DNA of 64,000 bases. Source: a virus (Duplodnaviria > Caudoviricetes). Below the pieces are notes generated by a model. That model worked only from the letters and a program-made list of their open reading frames with translations, had not been told where the DNA came from and did no database searches. Position numbers and translations under genes: made by a program. Below are positions 19,591 to 28,397 of the stretch, piece by piece (the stretch's first letter is position 1; each line of letters starts with the position of its first letter). The DNA lies in the IMG/VR virus record IMGVR_UViG_3300029288_000139, positions 19,534-83,533 of that record. One strand, written 5' to 3'.

Positions 19591-21327
19591 TTACTCCTGA
19601 ATCTCAAACCAAATATTCAATCCCTTTGCTGGGGTGGTATGAACATAATCAACATTAAATGTAATTATATCTCCTTTAACAACGGCAGGATTTGAAATCT
19701 CTGTTTGAGGCGAATTATTCCTTGAAGTCTTTTCTCCACTATTTATTTCTATCCTAACATCAGGTGAATCTTGAAAAATGGTTGTTCCATTGACTAATAT
19801 ATCAACAGTCATGGGTTCTTCAGGACTGTTTGAATCACTTCCTGCTATTGTATTGTAAGCACCACAAGCAACTATATTACCAGTTATTGGACATTCAAAG
19901 TCTCCTCCCAAACTTGTTCCTATTGAACAATTAGTGTCATGAGCAACTAAAATAACTGTAACAGATCTTATAGCCGATGCCATGCTTTGAACAGCTGAAA
20001 GTTCTGCAGCAGTTAAGTGATATCTTTGTCCAGCCTGACCTCCTTGCAAAGAACTTAAATCATTGTGAGTAAAATCAGAAGAAGATTGGTCTCCTGTATT
20101 ACTACCTGATGTATTTTCAATAACTGTTTTCTCTGCACTTGTTACATGATAGTATTCTTCAGGAGAAATTGACCCTCCCTGTAAATCTGATATATTATTA
20201 TGAGAAATATCGGAAGTTAAGTTATGAGTATTCTGTAAACTGTTATGGTCAAAGTCACTAGAATCTTGATCTCCTGTATTACTACCGCTAGTGTTCTGAA
20301 CTACTGTATGTTCTGCAGAAGTCAAATGATAATATTCCAACGGCGAATCTGAACCACCTTGTAACATGTTTAAATAATTATGATCAGTCTGAGGTTCATC
20401 AACAGTAAGAACTCCACCAGCTGTTATAGTCAATCCATCCCCAACAATCACCCTTCCTAAAGCACCTGTCGTTGCAATATTCGCACTCCATGAAGCATTA
20501 CCTTGAGTATCAGAAATAAGAATACTTCCTGCAGCTCCACCTGTATATAATCTTATGGTTGCAAACGTCGGAGAACCATCTCTCTGCAAATTTTCCAACT
20601 GAGCCATAGCATCAGTCAGATATCCATAATCAGCAGCATTCAAATGATACATATAACTATTTATAGTATCACCACCTTGTAAAGATTGCAGATTATTATG
20701 CTCAATATCTCCTTCAAGTATTGCTCCGGTTTCGGCCAATGTTTTCTTTGACCATCTTACGGGAGAACTATCGCCAATAAGAAAATCATTTTCATCAACT
20801 GGATAATCAATATCCCAATTCGCTTGAACAACATCCCAATAAGCTCCAACGGCAGTTTCATCTCCAACAGGCGTTCCGTCATGATTACAAAATATAGTGT
20901 CTCCAACTTCTACAACCTTTCCATTGACTCCACCTATTCTACCAGCAACAGAAACTTTCCATGCCCATCCAGCATCAGCAGCAGGATAATTTGGATTCGC
21001 TGAGCAATCAATAACTCCTTTATACTCGAACACATCATGAAGACCAATGTCTTCCGGTATTAATGTAATGTCTCCTGTCAAAGCATGACCATTAATTTTT
21101 GTTGTCTTTGGTACAAAAATAGCTTCAAACGGAGTCATATCTAATGGTAGTCCTGAAACAATTGAACCGTCAGGCAATAACCATTTTGCTGGAAACCATT
21201 GATGTTTTACATACCAATCAGCTCTTTTTGCATCTGCTGGAGCCCACATAGCACCAGCAAAGGTTTGTATTGAACCATCGGGCATCAAGAACTTATTTGG
21301 AAAAGGTATTTCATTAACGTATGACAT
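19591..21327 (-). CDS. Fibre-like virion protein with HNxL..LQGG..YHLT repeats
   Basis: Four LQGG/YH repeats; modules shared with 10271..13561. Confidence 0.6.
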   Translation of the reverse strand: MSYVNEIPFPNKFLMPDGSIQTFAGAMWAPADAKRADWYVKHQWFPAKWLLPDGSIVSGLPLDMTPFEAIFVPKTTKINGHALTGDITLIPEDIGLHDVFEYKGVIDCSANPNYPAADAGWAWKVSVAGRIGGVNGKVVEVGDTIFCNHDGTPVGDETAVGAYWDVVQANWDIDYPVDENDFLIGDSSPVRWSKKTLAETGAILEGDIEHNNLQSLQGGDTINSYMYHLNAADYGYLTDAMAQLENLQRDGSPTFATIRLYTGGAAGSILISDTQGNASWSANIATTGALGRVIVGDGLTITAGGVLTVDEPQTDHNYLNMLQGGSDSPLEYYHLTSAEHTVVQNTSGSNTGDQDSSDFDHNSLQNTHNLTSDISHNNISDLQGGSISPEEYYHVTSAEKTVIENTSGSNTGDQSSSDFTHNDLSSLQGGQAGQRYHLTAAELSAVQSMASAIRSVTVILVAHDTNCSIGTSLGGDFECPITGNIVACGAYNTIAGSDSNSPEEPMTVDILVNGTTIFQDSPDVRIEINSGEKTSRNNSPQTEISNPAVVKGDIITFNVDYVHTTPAKGLNIWFEIQE

Positions 21328-21339
21328 TATAATTGCTCC

Positions 21340-22323
21340 TTATAACATTGTTTTGAAAGAAAACTTTAAAGCTTCATAAATATCTCTACCTTGAGCTTTT
21401 GCATCATAATATATTTCTTTTGCTTTCTCATAAGTAATGTCCTTGCCATATACATTCTTGGCTGTTGCTTGTATAAATCTTATTTGAGTGTCTTCTGATT
21501 TATTATATTCATCATCTTTTGTTTTGGAGTCTTTTACTTTATTCTGGTCAATTAATCTTCGTGCTGTTGTTCTTGCTCCAAGCAAAGTTTCTTGAACTCC
21601 TTTATAAATCTCCCTACCATTTTTCTGTATTGTAAATTCAAAAACATCTTTCCCATACTCTCTAACAGAAATTTTATAGTCTCTGTAATCGTCGATCCAC
21701 ACGTCTTTTGTTTTGGAGTCTTTGCTTTCTCTAAATCTCTTTGCAACTTCCTTCTGGCCATCATTAAATCCGTCATTCCAAGAATCTTTCAAATCTGCGT
21801 AACCAGATCTTGAAACATTTGTATATGGATTCGCAGAAGAAGACTTACCCATCAATGCAGCTTCATGACCTTCATCATACGCTTCTTCGGAACGAGAATC
21901 ATCTTTTGTTTTGGAATCTTCAACCCAAACCTGCTCTGTTTTACCATTTGGATATCTGATTTCTATGTGTTGTCTTGGTTTGGGGTCACTCCAATATTCA
22001 AATTGACCTTCTTTAGCTTTTTTCTTTAACTCTTCAATTGTCATGGATTTTGTACCAAAAGAAGATGTCCCTGCATCTTTTGTTTTGGAGTCTTTTGATA
22101 GATTATTATCTATTCTCTTTTCAATTTCTTCTAAGGTAAGATATTGAATTTTATCTCCTGCACTACCAATATAATAATATCTGGTCTGTCCAATATGACT
22201 ATCCACATCTTTAAAAATATCGACTCCCTTATAAGTCAAAAACTTTTCACTATCTAACACCAATTCTCTTTGTCCTGAAATTATTCTTCCATTCTTAATG
22301 TCTTTGATTTTGTGAAGTAACAT
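21340..22323 (-). CDS. Modular polyprotein: five small domains separated by DSKTKD linkers, one of them RMF-like
   Basis: Four DSKTKD linkers; MLxxxI..KNG leader; AYDEGHEAALMGKSSSANPY...WNDGF domain. Confidence 0.7.
   Translation of the reverse strand: MLLHKIKDIKNGRIISGQRELVLDSEKFLTYKGVDIFKDVDSHIGQTRYYYIGSAGDKIQYLTLEEIEKRIDNNLSKDSKTKDAGTSSFGTKSMTIEELKKKAKEGQFEYWSDPKPRQHIEIRYPNGKTEQVWVEDSKTKDDSRSEEAYDEGHEAALMGKSSSANPYTNVSRSGYADLKDSWNDGFNDGQKEVAKRFRESKDSKTKDVWIDDYRDYKISVREYGKDVFEFTIQKNGREIYKGVQETLLGARTTARRLIDQNKVKDSKTKDDEYNKSEDTQIRFIQATAKNVYGKDITYEKAKEIYYDAKAQGRDIYEALKFSFKTML
21514..22094 (-). repeat. Four copies of an 18-21 bp in-frame repeat (plus strand RTCTTTTGTTTTGGARTC) encoding DSKTKD
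   Basis: Copies at about 21514, 21703, 21901 and 22075; further copies at 26778 and 27958. Confidence 0.9.
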
Positions 22324-22334
22324 TTTATCCTCCC

Positions 22335-23240
22335 TTATGCTGCTTTCAAAAATTCTTGTTCTGATATTTTCATAAATTCTCTTTTATTCATTCTGACAAT
22401 TTTTCCACCAACATGTACTCTTGCTGGCCAACTCACATCATCAAGCCTAATAAGCGGAGCTGCATAACAACGACAATTGAACGTAGCTCCCGGCAAATAA
22501 TCCCCATACGGTTTTGCCTTTCGATCAGGAAACAAAGCTTCTGGATTTGGAGGATCATTCCATGTACATAAAACATTATCCATCTTCCTATGAGCACTTC
22601 TTGTTCTTCCATCTCCAGAATATCCCCCCGTAGCTTTCCATACAAACCAATTTAATCCGATCTCTTCTGCCCTTGCCTTCACCATATTTGTAACCATCTT
22701 TGAAGTTTCTGTTCTGGCAATAAGCATGGCTCGGGATTTTGTAACTATTCCTGTTTGTGACAACTCCTTAGCAACTGTTTCCGCTCTTGTCCCTGTAGTT
22801 AAATTATTTCTAACAATTTCTTGTATTCTTTCCGCAGCACTTAATGGAAGAGAAGTGATTAACTTAACATTATCTCGTATAAAAGCATCCATTGCTTCTT
22901 TTATATTTGCTCTTGCTAATTCTCTCTTCATTTCCTCACTCATTCGTTCTGAATGCTGTTCCCATTCCTTTATATCTTCATTCTTCAAACTATAAACAAG
23001 CTTTGTTACTGTTTGCTGTGCCCAATCTTTTAATCTAACAGAATAATCATGTAATCTATTTTGAACATTCTCAATATCTTCCAATGTAACTTTGTCTTTA
23101 TTTGTATCTAATTTCTTAGTAAAGTCTTTCACAATACTATCAACTTCACGACCAACATTAGCAAGGTTTCTAGCATACTCTTGTTCAATTCTTTTAGTAA
23201 GTTTCTTGCTTACTATTCTGTTGGGTTTCTTCTCATCCAT
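22335..23240 (-). CDS. Head morphogenesis protein (MuF / SPP1 gp7)
   Basis: RAMLIARTETSK, DGRTRSAH and PGATFNCRC motifs. Confidence 0.9.
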   Translation of the reverse strand: MDEKKPNRIVSKKLTKRIEQEYARNLANVGREVDSIVKDFTKKLDTNKDKVTLEDIENVQNRLHDYSVRLKDWAQQTVTKLVYSLKNEDIKEWEQHSERMSEEMKRELARANIKEAMDAFIRDNVKLITSLPLSAAERIQEIVRNNLTTGTRAETVAKELSQTGIVTKSRAMLIARTETSKMVTNMVKARAEEIGLNWFVWKATGGYSGDGRTRSAHRKMDNVLCTWNDPPNPEALFPDRKAKPYGDYLPGATFNCRCYAAPLIRLDDVSWPARVHVGGKIVRMNKREFMKISEQEFLKAA

Positions 23241-24989
23241 TTACGTTTCCTTTGTAAAAAACTTTTTTGCTACTTCTTTTGCTGCATTTTGTATCTTTTC
23301 TTTCATCCCAGAAAAATTCAAGTTTATCTTTAAAGGACTTACTACTTCACTAATTGATTTCACTCCGGGTATTGCATTAGGAACTTCGTCTCTCTGGCTT
23401 TCTTTTTCCTTTTCAGAGATTGATTGAGCTTTACCAACAATTGGAGACATAGTTGATTGAGCCTTCATTTCTTCCGGTGTTGGAGATGATAAACTAACAC
23501 CTCCTCCTGAAATTCCTACATCTTCCTCTTCTTCTTTATTTTGAGAAGAGGGTTCTACTTCAGACTCTGGGACAGAAGGAGACGGCATCCCCTCAGAAGG
23601 AATCCCAGAAGGAGGCTCATTCTCATCATCTTTCTTGGCCTTATTAATATCATCTTCAGTTAAATTCGTAAAGCGTCCTGTGATTCTAGATGATTGAATT
23701 AATTCTTTTGTTGCTATTTCTTTACTTACTAATCCTCCTGAATAAGCAGCATTAATTGTTGTCATATCGGAGGTTGCTATTTCAGCCATCTCTTTATCGC
23801 TCATCTGCCATAATGAATTGAACTTATACTCAAAATCAGGAGGCAATCTCTTTCCTAACTCCGAAACTGAAAGAACTTCTAACAATTTTGTCATGGAAGG
23901 ACGTAATTTATTTTCTTGCTCACGATAAACATTGTCGTAGTAATTTCTTAAATCAGTTTCCCCAGTATTGAATCCTGCAGGAGATTGTCCAAATAATCTA
24001 ACCAATGGTATTCCTGTAGCTCCAGAAACTTGCTGTCCTAATTCTTGTAGTAAATCAGCAGCCCCACTAATCGCTGAATTCGCATGAGGTACAAAATCGT
24101 CTAGCCCATCAAGCATTGTTATTCCTTCGTTTGTTTGCATCTGTCTAATATAATCCCATTGCTTAATGATGGCGTTCTCTTCTCTCCCACCTAACGCCAA
24201 TGCTTCTCTTAATCCGTTAATCTTAACAACTCTTAAGTATGCTCTGTACATTAACTGACTAGCTCCAAGAGTCGCTGAATCATAAGCAATCAGTCTGTCA
24301 TATATTCTCTCTACAATAGAAAGTCCCCAATGATTTTCCATCAACCTTTGATAATAAGGAAGGGTAATTCCATCAAATCTTAATACACGACTATAATGAA
24401 TTTTAATGTTAGGAAGTTTTGAACCACCGACGGATGTGTGAACTCGATAGAATTTTGGTTTCCCAAAATCTTTATTAAGGTCGGTTATTAAATTGGATAG
24501 GTCTGGTTCACACATCCATCGATCTAACACCAATAACCCTCTAAAAGTTTTTTGTCCTATCTTGTCGTAATCAATTGGCTTACTATAATCTGCTCCGTCA
24601 ATAAGCATAATGGCAATAGCACCGCCATATAATCTTGCCCATCTTATTGTATTACCTAATGATTCCCAAACATCAAAATCAGACATAGCAACATACAACT
24701 TTTTAACTTCATCAGGGGACAATTTTGATAAAATGTCAATACCCATCTTTGTCATATCTTCAGCAATAACATCAACAGCCTGTCCAATTAACCATGAGCT
24801 TCTATATCCTGCCTCTAGAGTAACTCTTTGTCTACTCATTAAATTATTTAATGAGTAAGTGGCTTGAGACATTGGATTATCAGTTCCATATCCAACTCTG
24901 TGCATGAAATTGGAGAAGGAGTCTTCTGTAAATTTCCCTCCAACTTTCTTATCCATTGTAGAAGTTCTTGTAAAATTTACTTTTGCCAT
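23241..24989 (-). CDS. Portal protein (HI1409 / DUF1073 family)
   Basis: YRSSWLIGQAVDVIAEDMT, WARLYGGA, IHYSRVLRF and ATGIPLVRLFGQSPAGFN motifs. Confidence 0.92.
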   Translation of the reverse strand: MAKVNFTRTSTMDKKVGGKFTEDSFSNFMHRVGYGTDNPMSQATYSLNNLMSRQRVTLEAGYRSSWLIGQAVDVIAEDMTKMGIDILSKLSPDEVKKLYVAMSDFDVWESLGNTIRWARLYGGAIAIMLIDGADYSKPIDYDKIGQKTFRGLLVLDRWMCEPDLSNLITDLNKDFGKPKFYRVHTSVGGSKLPNIKIHYSRVLRFDGITLPYYQRLMENHWGLSIVERIYDRLIAYDSATLGASQLMYRAYLRVVKINGLREALALGGREENAIIKQWDYIRQMQTNEGITMLDGLDDFVPHANSAISGAADLLQELGQQVSGATGIPLVRLFGQSPAGFNTGETDLRNYYDNVYREQENKLRPSMTKLLEVLSVSELGKRLPPDFEYKFNSLWQMSDKEMAEIATSDMTTINAAYSGGLVSKEIATKELIQSSRITGRFTNLTEDDINKAKKDDENEPPSGIPSEGMPSPSVPESEVEPSSQNKEEEEDVGISGGGVSLSSPTPEEMKAQSTMSPIVGKAQSISEKEKESQRDEVPNAIPGVKSISEVVSPLKINLNFSGMKEKIQNAAKEVAKKFFTKET

Positions 24990-25421
24990 TTATCTGAACT
25001 CCAGTGTCTCTTTAAATAAGTACATTTGCATTTCTGTTATCTCACCTAAATATTCTTGGCTTTGATAATGAGCTAAAAAAGCATCACGTGCTGATTCTTT
25101 GTTGTCAAATCCCAACATAATCTTTTCTTCACGATCATCTTTACCGAGTCTAATAATATAAACGGAAGAAGCGTAAGGATTATGACCGACAAAACAATCA
25201 ATGCACTCACCATCAACGCCGACCGTCCCATCAATGTAGCCGTATCGATAGAACATAGTGGTTTTTCCCGTCTGTCCTTCATTATTCTTCCATCTCCTAA
25301 CACTGCCTTCATCATTCTCCACAGTAATAGGCAGTCCTTGAAATGTTAATTTACTTGTTCCACCTTTTTCATTCTTTGGAACTACTGTTCCATTTACAAT
25401 ATCAACTTCTGAAAATAACAT
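24990..25421 (-). CDS. Inorganic-pyrophosphatase-like (InPase) domain protein
   Basis: GLPITVEN..GSVR, YGYIDGTVGVDGECIDCFVG and EEKIMLGF motifs. Start at MLFSEV (25421). Confidence 0.75.
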   Translation of the reverse strand: MLFSEVDIVNGTVVPKNEKGGTSKLTFQGLPITVENDEGSVRRWKNNEGQTGKTTMFYRYGYIDGTVGVDGECIDCFVGHNPYASSVYIIRLGKDDREEKIMLGFDNKESARDAFLAHYQSQEYLGEITEMQMYLFKETLEFR

Positions 25422-25426
25422 AAATT

Positions 25427-25651
25427 TTATTTCTCTTTGTCTTTTTCTACCCAAAAATTATCTATCTTCTGTTTCAAATCTTCCCAAGAAGAAGAATTAA
25501 ATCTTTTATTCTCTTCTCTTCCTAAACCAACAAACTCTCCCTCAGATTGTGATATTTGAAAACCTTTATAAATTAAAGGAGGAATTTCATAAGCGTCTTC
25601 CGTCTTCCTTCTAATCATTCCATTTTCAACTGTGACTTCATTACTTAACAT
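25427..25651 (-). CDS. Small protein with shared MLxxEV..NG leader and KTED motif
   Basis: MLSNEVTVENGMIRRKTED; GGAG RBS. Confidence 0.65.
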   Translation of the reverse strand: MLSNEVTVENGMIRRKTEDAYEIPPLIYKGFQISQSEGEFVGLGREENKRFNSSSWEDLKQKIDNFWVEKDKEK

Positions 25652-25652
25652 T

Positions 25653-27707
25653 TTATTCTCCTTTAGCTGTCTTCTCTTCATCCACCGCTTCCTGCTTCGT
25701 ACTTTGTAATCTGTCCGGTGGATGATTCGGAGGACTGTATAATGTATACAGTTTCAAAGGTTCTTCTCCAATATTTTTTATATTGTGTTGAGTCCCAGCT
25801 TTAATCACAATAGAAGAACCATCTTGAAGAAGTTGCTTTCCTTGGCCTTTTACTTCTAATATTCCTTCTCCTTTTTCAATGCGGAAAAACTGGTCAACAT
25901 CAGCATGAACTTCCATACCAATATCTTCCTCCGGAAGTAATGACATCAAAACCAATTGAATATTCTTGCCAGTAAAAAGAACTTTTCTAAAAGCATTATT
26001 CTCAACTGTTTCCTTTTCAATATTCCTTACATCAAACTCAGGAGTCTTTTCAAAAACAGTATTACCAAAGCTTTCATAACTTTCATGAGTTGGTTCAGGG
26101 TCTACGTCTTTAACCATTCCAACATGCTCGGTAACAATCTTGTAAATCTCTTCTTCCAGTTTATGAGGATCAATACCATTCTGTTCTGCAAAAGCGTGAA
26201 CCTTATCATCACCAGGATTAGGATTTGCTTTAAAGAACGCAATAAGTTTTTCTTTGATGTTGTCTTGATCTTTCGTTTTCTTGTCCCCTGTCTTTACTTT
26301 CTTCACTTCAACATTATTTTTACTTCCATCAAATTCATTCTGTAAAGAACCTTTTACTTTTCCTGCTTTCAATTCCAATGAAGAAACACATTTTGTTCTT
26401 GCTACATCTGGAGTCGGAGCATCTATATTATGGTAATAATGATTTTCACCTTTGAGATTCAAAGTTACATCATACAATTCGTCTTTTATTTTCTTATCAA
26501 CATTACCTACTCTTTCATTTGGTTCTGCTTTTCTTGTCCCTTGTATCTCAGCATTATTACTTTCAACCCATTTCATCATCTCAGTTCTGTTGCTAAAAAT
26601 ACGACGCCATTTTGTATTACTATTTCCTTTTACTCCATAAGCTTCTATTTTTTCATTGTCTTGATCCTTCGTCTTTCTCTTCACAGCTTTCTTCAATGAG
26701 TCAAGTGCTCTTAATGCTGTATCTTTTGCTATGCTTCTTTTTAAATTTTTTATTTGCTTTAAGGCAACTGTTGCTGCGTCTTTTGTTTTGGAGTCTGTCA
26801 CTGTGTTTAATGCTTTGCGGCGAAAAGCTTCTAAGTTCTGAATCATGAATTTAAGACGAATACTTCCAATTGGTGATGTTTTTAACTTTTCAATCTCTTC
26901 ATCAGCATGAGAATTAATTTCATTTCTCGTTGCTTCTTCATAAAAACGTTTATTGCATATAGGGCATATATTAACAATTGCATCTCTCGTCTTCATGTCT
27001 ACAGTTCCTTCCTTCTCATGTATTTCTTTGACCAAATGACCAACAGCTTCTTCTTCAGTACCTTCCACTACAGTATAGGTTTTTCCATTATATTTAGCTG
27101 ATGCAGCAAAATACCCATTTTTACCCTGATTTACTGTCATGTTAATTCCATAAATGGATACTGAATGAGAATCACCAACACCAGCTCTTATACTTTCAAT
27201 TTGTTGTTTCACAGCTTTTATCTCCTCTTCTGTTTCCCGAAACTCTTCTAGGTCTCCTGTAATTCTACAATTGATTTTATATCTTTCTAATTGATCAATT
27301 CTTTTTTTCAAAGTCTCAACATTTGGATTATCATCTCTCAATGTAATTCTTCCGTCACAATGGGGGCAATGTTTTGTGGTGTAAAAGGAAGATTGATCTT
27401 TTCCCCATTTCCTCATTCTTGGTCTTATTACATCTCTTTGGAACTGAGCATTACATTTGGGACAGGCGATAAGATCCTGGTCTTTTGTAATGGAAACAAC
27501 ATAGGGTCTATCTATCCTACCACATCTGGGGCAGGAAATCATAGGACCAGCAATGATTCTGTTTCCTTCAATTGTATAATCATTAGAGGAAATTGTCCAT
27601 CTATGTTTACATCTAACATCATTACATTCAACTACAATATTATTTTCCTCAGAGTCTCTTACAATGATTCTGTTGTCTTTTATTTCTTTTACTTCAGAGA
27701 GTAACAT
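25653..27707 (-). CDS. Large modular polyprotein: Zn ribbons, helical modules and C-terminal cupin, with TKD-type linkers
   Basis: Repeated TKD/TRD/IKD/VKD/VGD linkers; CxxC pairs; cupin motif EVHADVDQFFRIEKG...AGTQHN. Confidence 0.7.
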   Translation of the reverse strand: MLLSEVKEIKDNRIIVRDSEENNIVVECNDVRCKHRWTISSNDYTIEGNRIIAGPMISCPRCGRIDRPYVVSITKDQDLIACPKCNAQFQRDVIRPRMRKWGKDQSSFYTTKHCPHCDGRITLRDDNPNVETLKKRIDQLERYKINCRITGDLEEFRETEEEIKAVKQQIESIRAGVGDSHSVSIYGINMTVNQGKNGYFAASAKYNGKTYTVVEGTEEEAVGHLVKEIHEKEGTVDMKTRDAIVNICPICNKRFYEEATRNEINSHADEEIEKLKTSPIGSIRLKFMIQNLEAFRRKALNTVTDSKTKDAATVALKQIKNLKRSIAKDTALRALDSLKKAVKRKTKDQDNEKIEAYGVKGNSNTKWRRIFSNRTEMMKWVESNNAEIQGTRKAEPNERVGNVDKKIKDELYDVTLNLKGENHYYHNIDAPTPDVARTKCVSSLELKAGKVKGSLQNEFDGSKNNVEVKKVKTGDKKTKDQDNIKEKLIAFFKANPNPGDDKVHAFAEQNGIDPHKLEEEIYKIVTEHVGMVKDVDPEPTHESYESFGNTVFEKTPEFDVRNIEKETVENNAFRKVLFTGKNIQLVLMSLLPEEDIGMEVHADVDQFFRIEKGEGILEVKGQGKQLLQDGSSIVIKAGTQHNIKNIGEEPLKLYTLYSPPNHPPDRLQSTKQEAVDEEKTAKGE

Positions 27708-27788
27708 TTTATTTTGTCTCTCCTCTTTTAAACTGATCTGCTCTTTCAAACAATCTTCTTATTGCTGCATTACTCCAACCGTCATCTT

Positions 27789-28181
27789 TTAAGGACTCTG
27801 TCGTATGTCGGAAAACGTTTTAAATTTCTGCAGATATTCTATTTTTAACGCTCTTATTTGCTCCATAAGGTTTTTCTCTTCTTGACTGCCTACGGCAGTT
27901 TTTCCAAGTTGGTCATCCAACTTTTTAATCTTATTTTCTAAATCTTCTCTTTCTCCGTCTTTTGTTTTGGAATCTCTTTGTCCTTTTAAAATCAAATCTT
28001 GAATTTCTTTTTCAAGCTGTTTAATCTCATATTCAACATCCCCAGTTTCTCTTCCTTCGTTTTTCCAATCCTGCAATCTTCTTTTTGCATCAGAAAGCTC
28101 TTCTCTTAAATCAGATAGTTCACTATCTTTTGTCTTTATTCTTACCATACCATTAACAACATCAACGTCTTTGGATAACAT
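27789..28181 (-). CDS. Modular protein with shared leader and two KTKD linkers
   Basis: MLSKDVDVVNGMVRIKTKD...DSKTKD; two coiled-coil modules. Confidence 0.7.
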   Translation of the reverse strand: MLSKDVDVVNGMVRIKTKDSELSDLREELSDAKRRLQDWKNEGRETGDVEYEIKQLEKEIQDLILKGQRDSKTKDGEREDLENKIKKLDDQLGKTAVGSQEEKNLMEQIRALKIEYLQKFKTFSDIRQSP

Positions 28182-28199
28182 TTTTATTCTCCTTACAAA

Positions 28200-28397
28200 T
28201 TACAAATTATTAAGATGCAGAGAATAAGAAGCTTTCTGTCTTCTTACTTTTGTATCTGCTGTATTTAAACTACAACTTTCAATTCTAGTGGCAAAAGACA
28301 AATGCTCTTTACAAAAGAAATAACTATTTTTATCCAACTTCTTACCACAAACTTGTCCTGATAAATATTCCCATCGGCAAGTTCTTCTCTTATCCAT
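28200..28397 (-). CDS. Small Cys/His zinc-finger-like protein
   Basis: MDKRRTC...C...FCKEH; start at ATG 28397 overlapping the TerL stop. Confidence 0.5.
   Translation of the reverse strand: MDKRRTCRWEYLSGQVCGKKLDKNSYFFCKEHLSFATRIESCSLNTADTKVRRQKASYSLHLNNL

Noticed and set aside
11100-20400. Homologous segments in the two fibre genes as a possible DGR template/variable repeat pair
   Set aside because: Differences are not adenine-specific, both copies are coding, and no reverse transcriptase is present in the window.
21514-22094. Regularly spaced ~20-bp repeats resembling a CRISPR array
   Set aside because: Spacers are 150-180 bp, the repeats are in frame inside one ORF, they are not palindromic, and there are no cas genes. 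Reported instead as a coding linker repeat.
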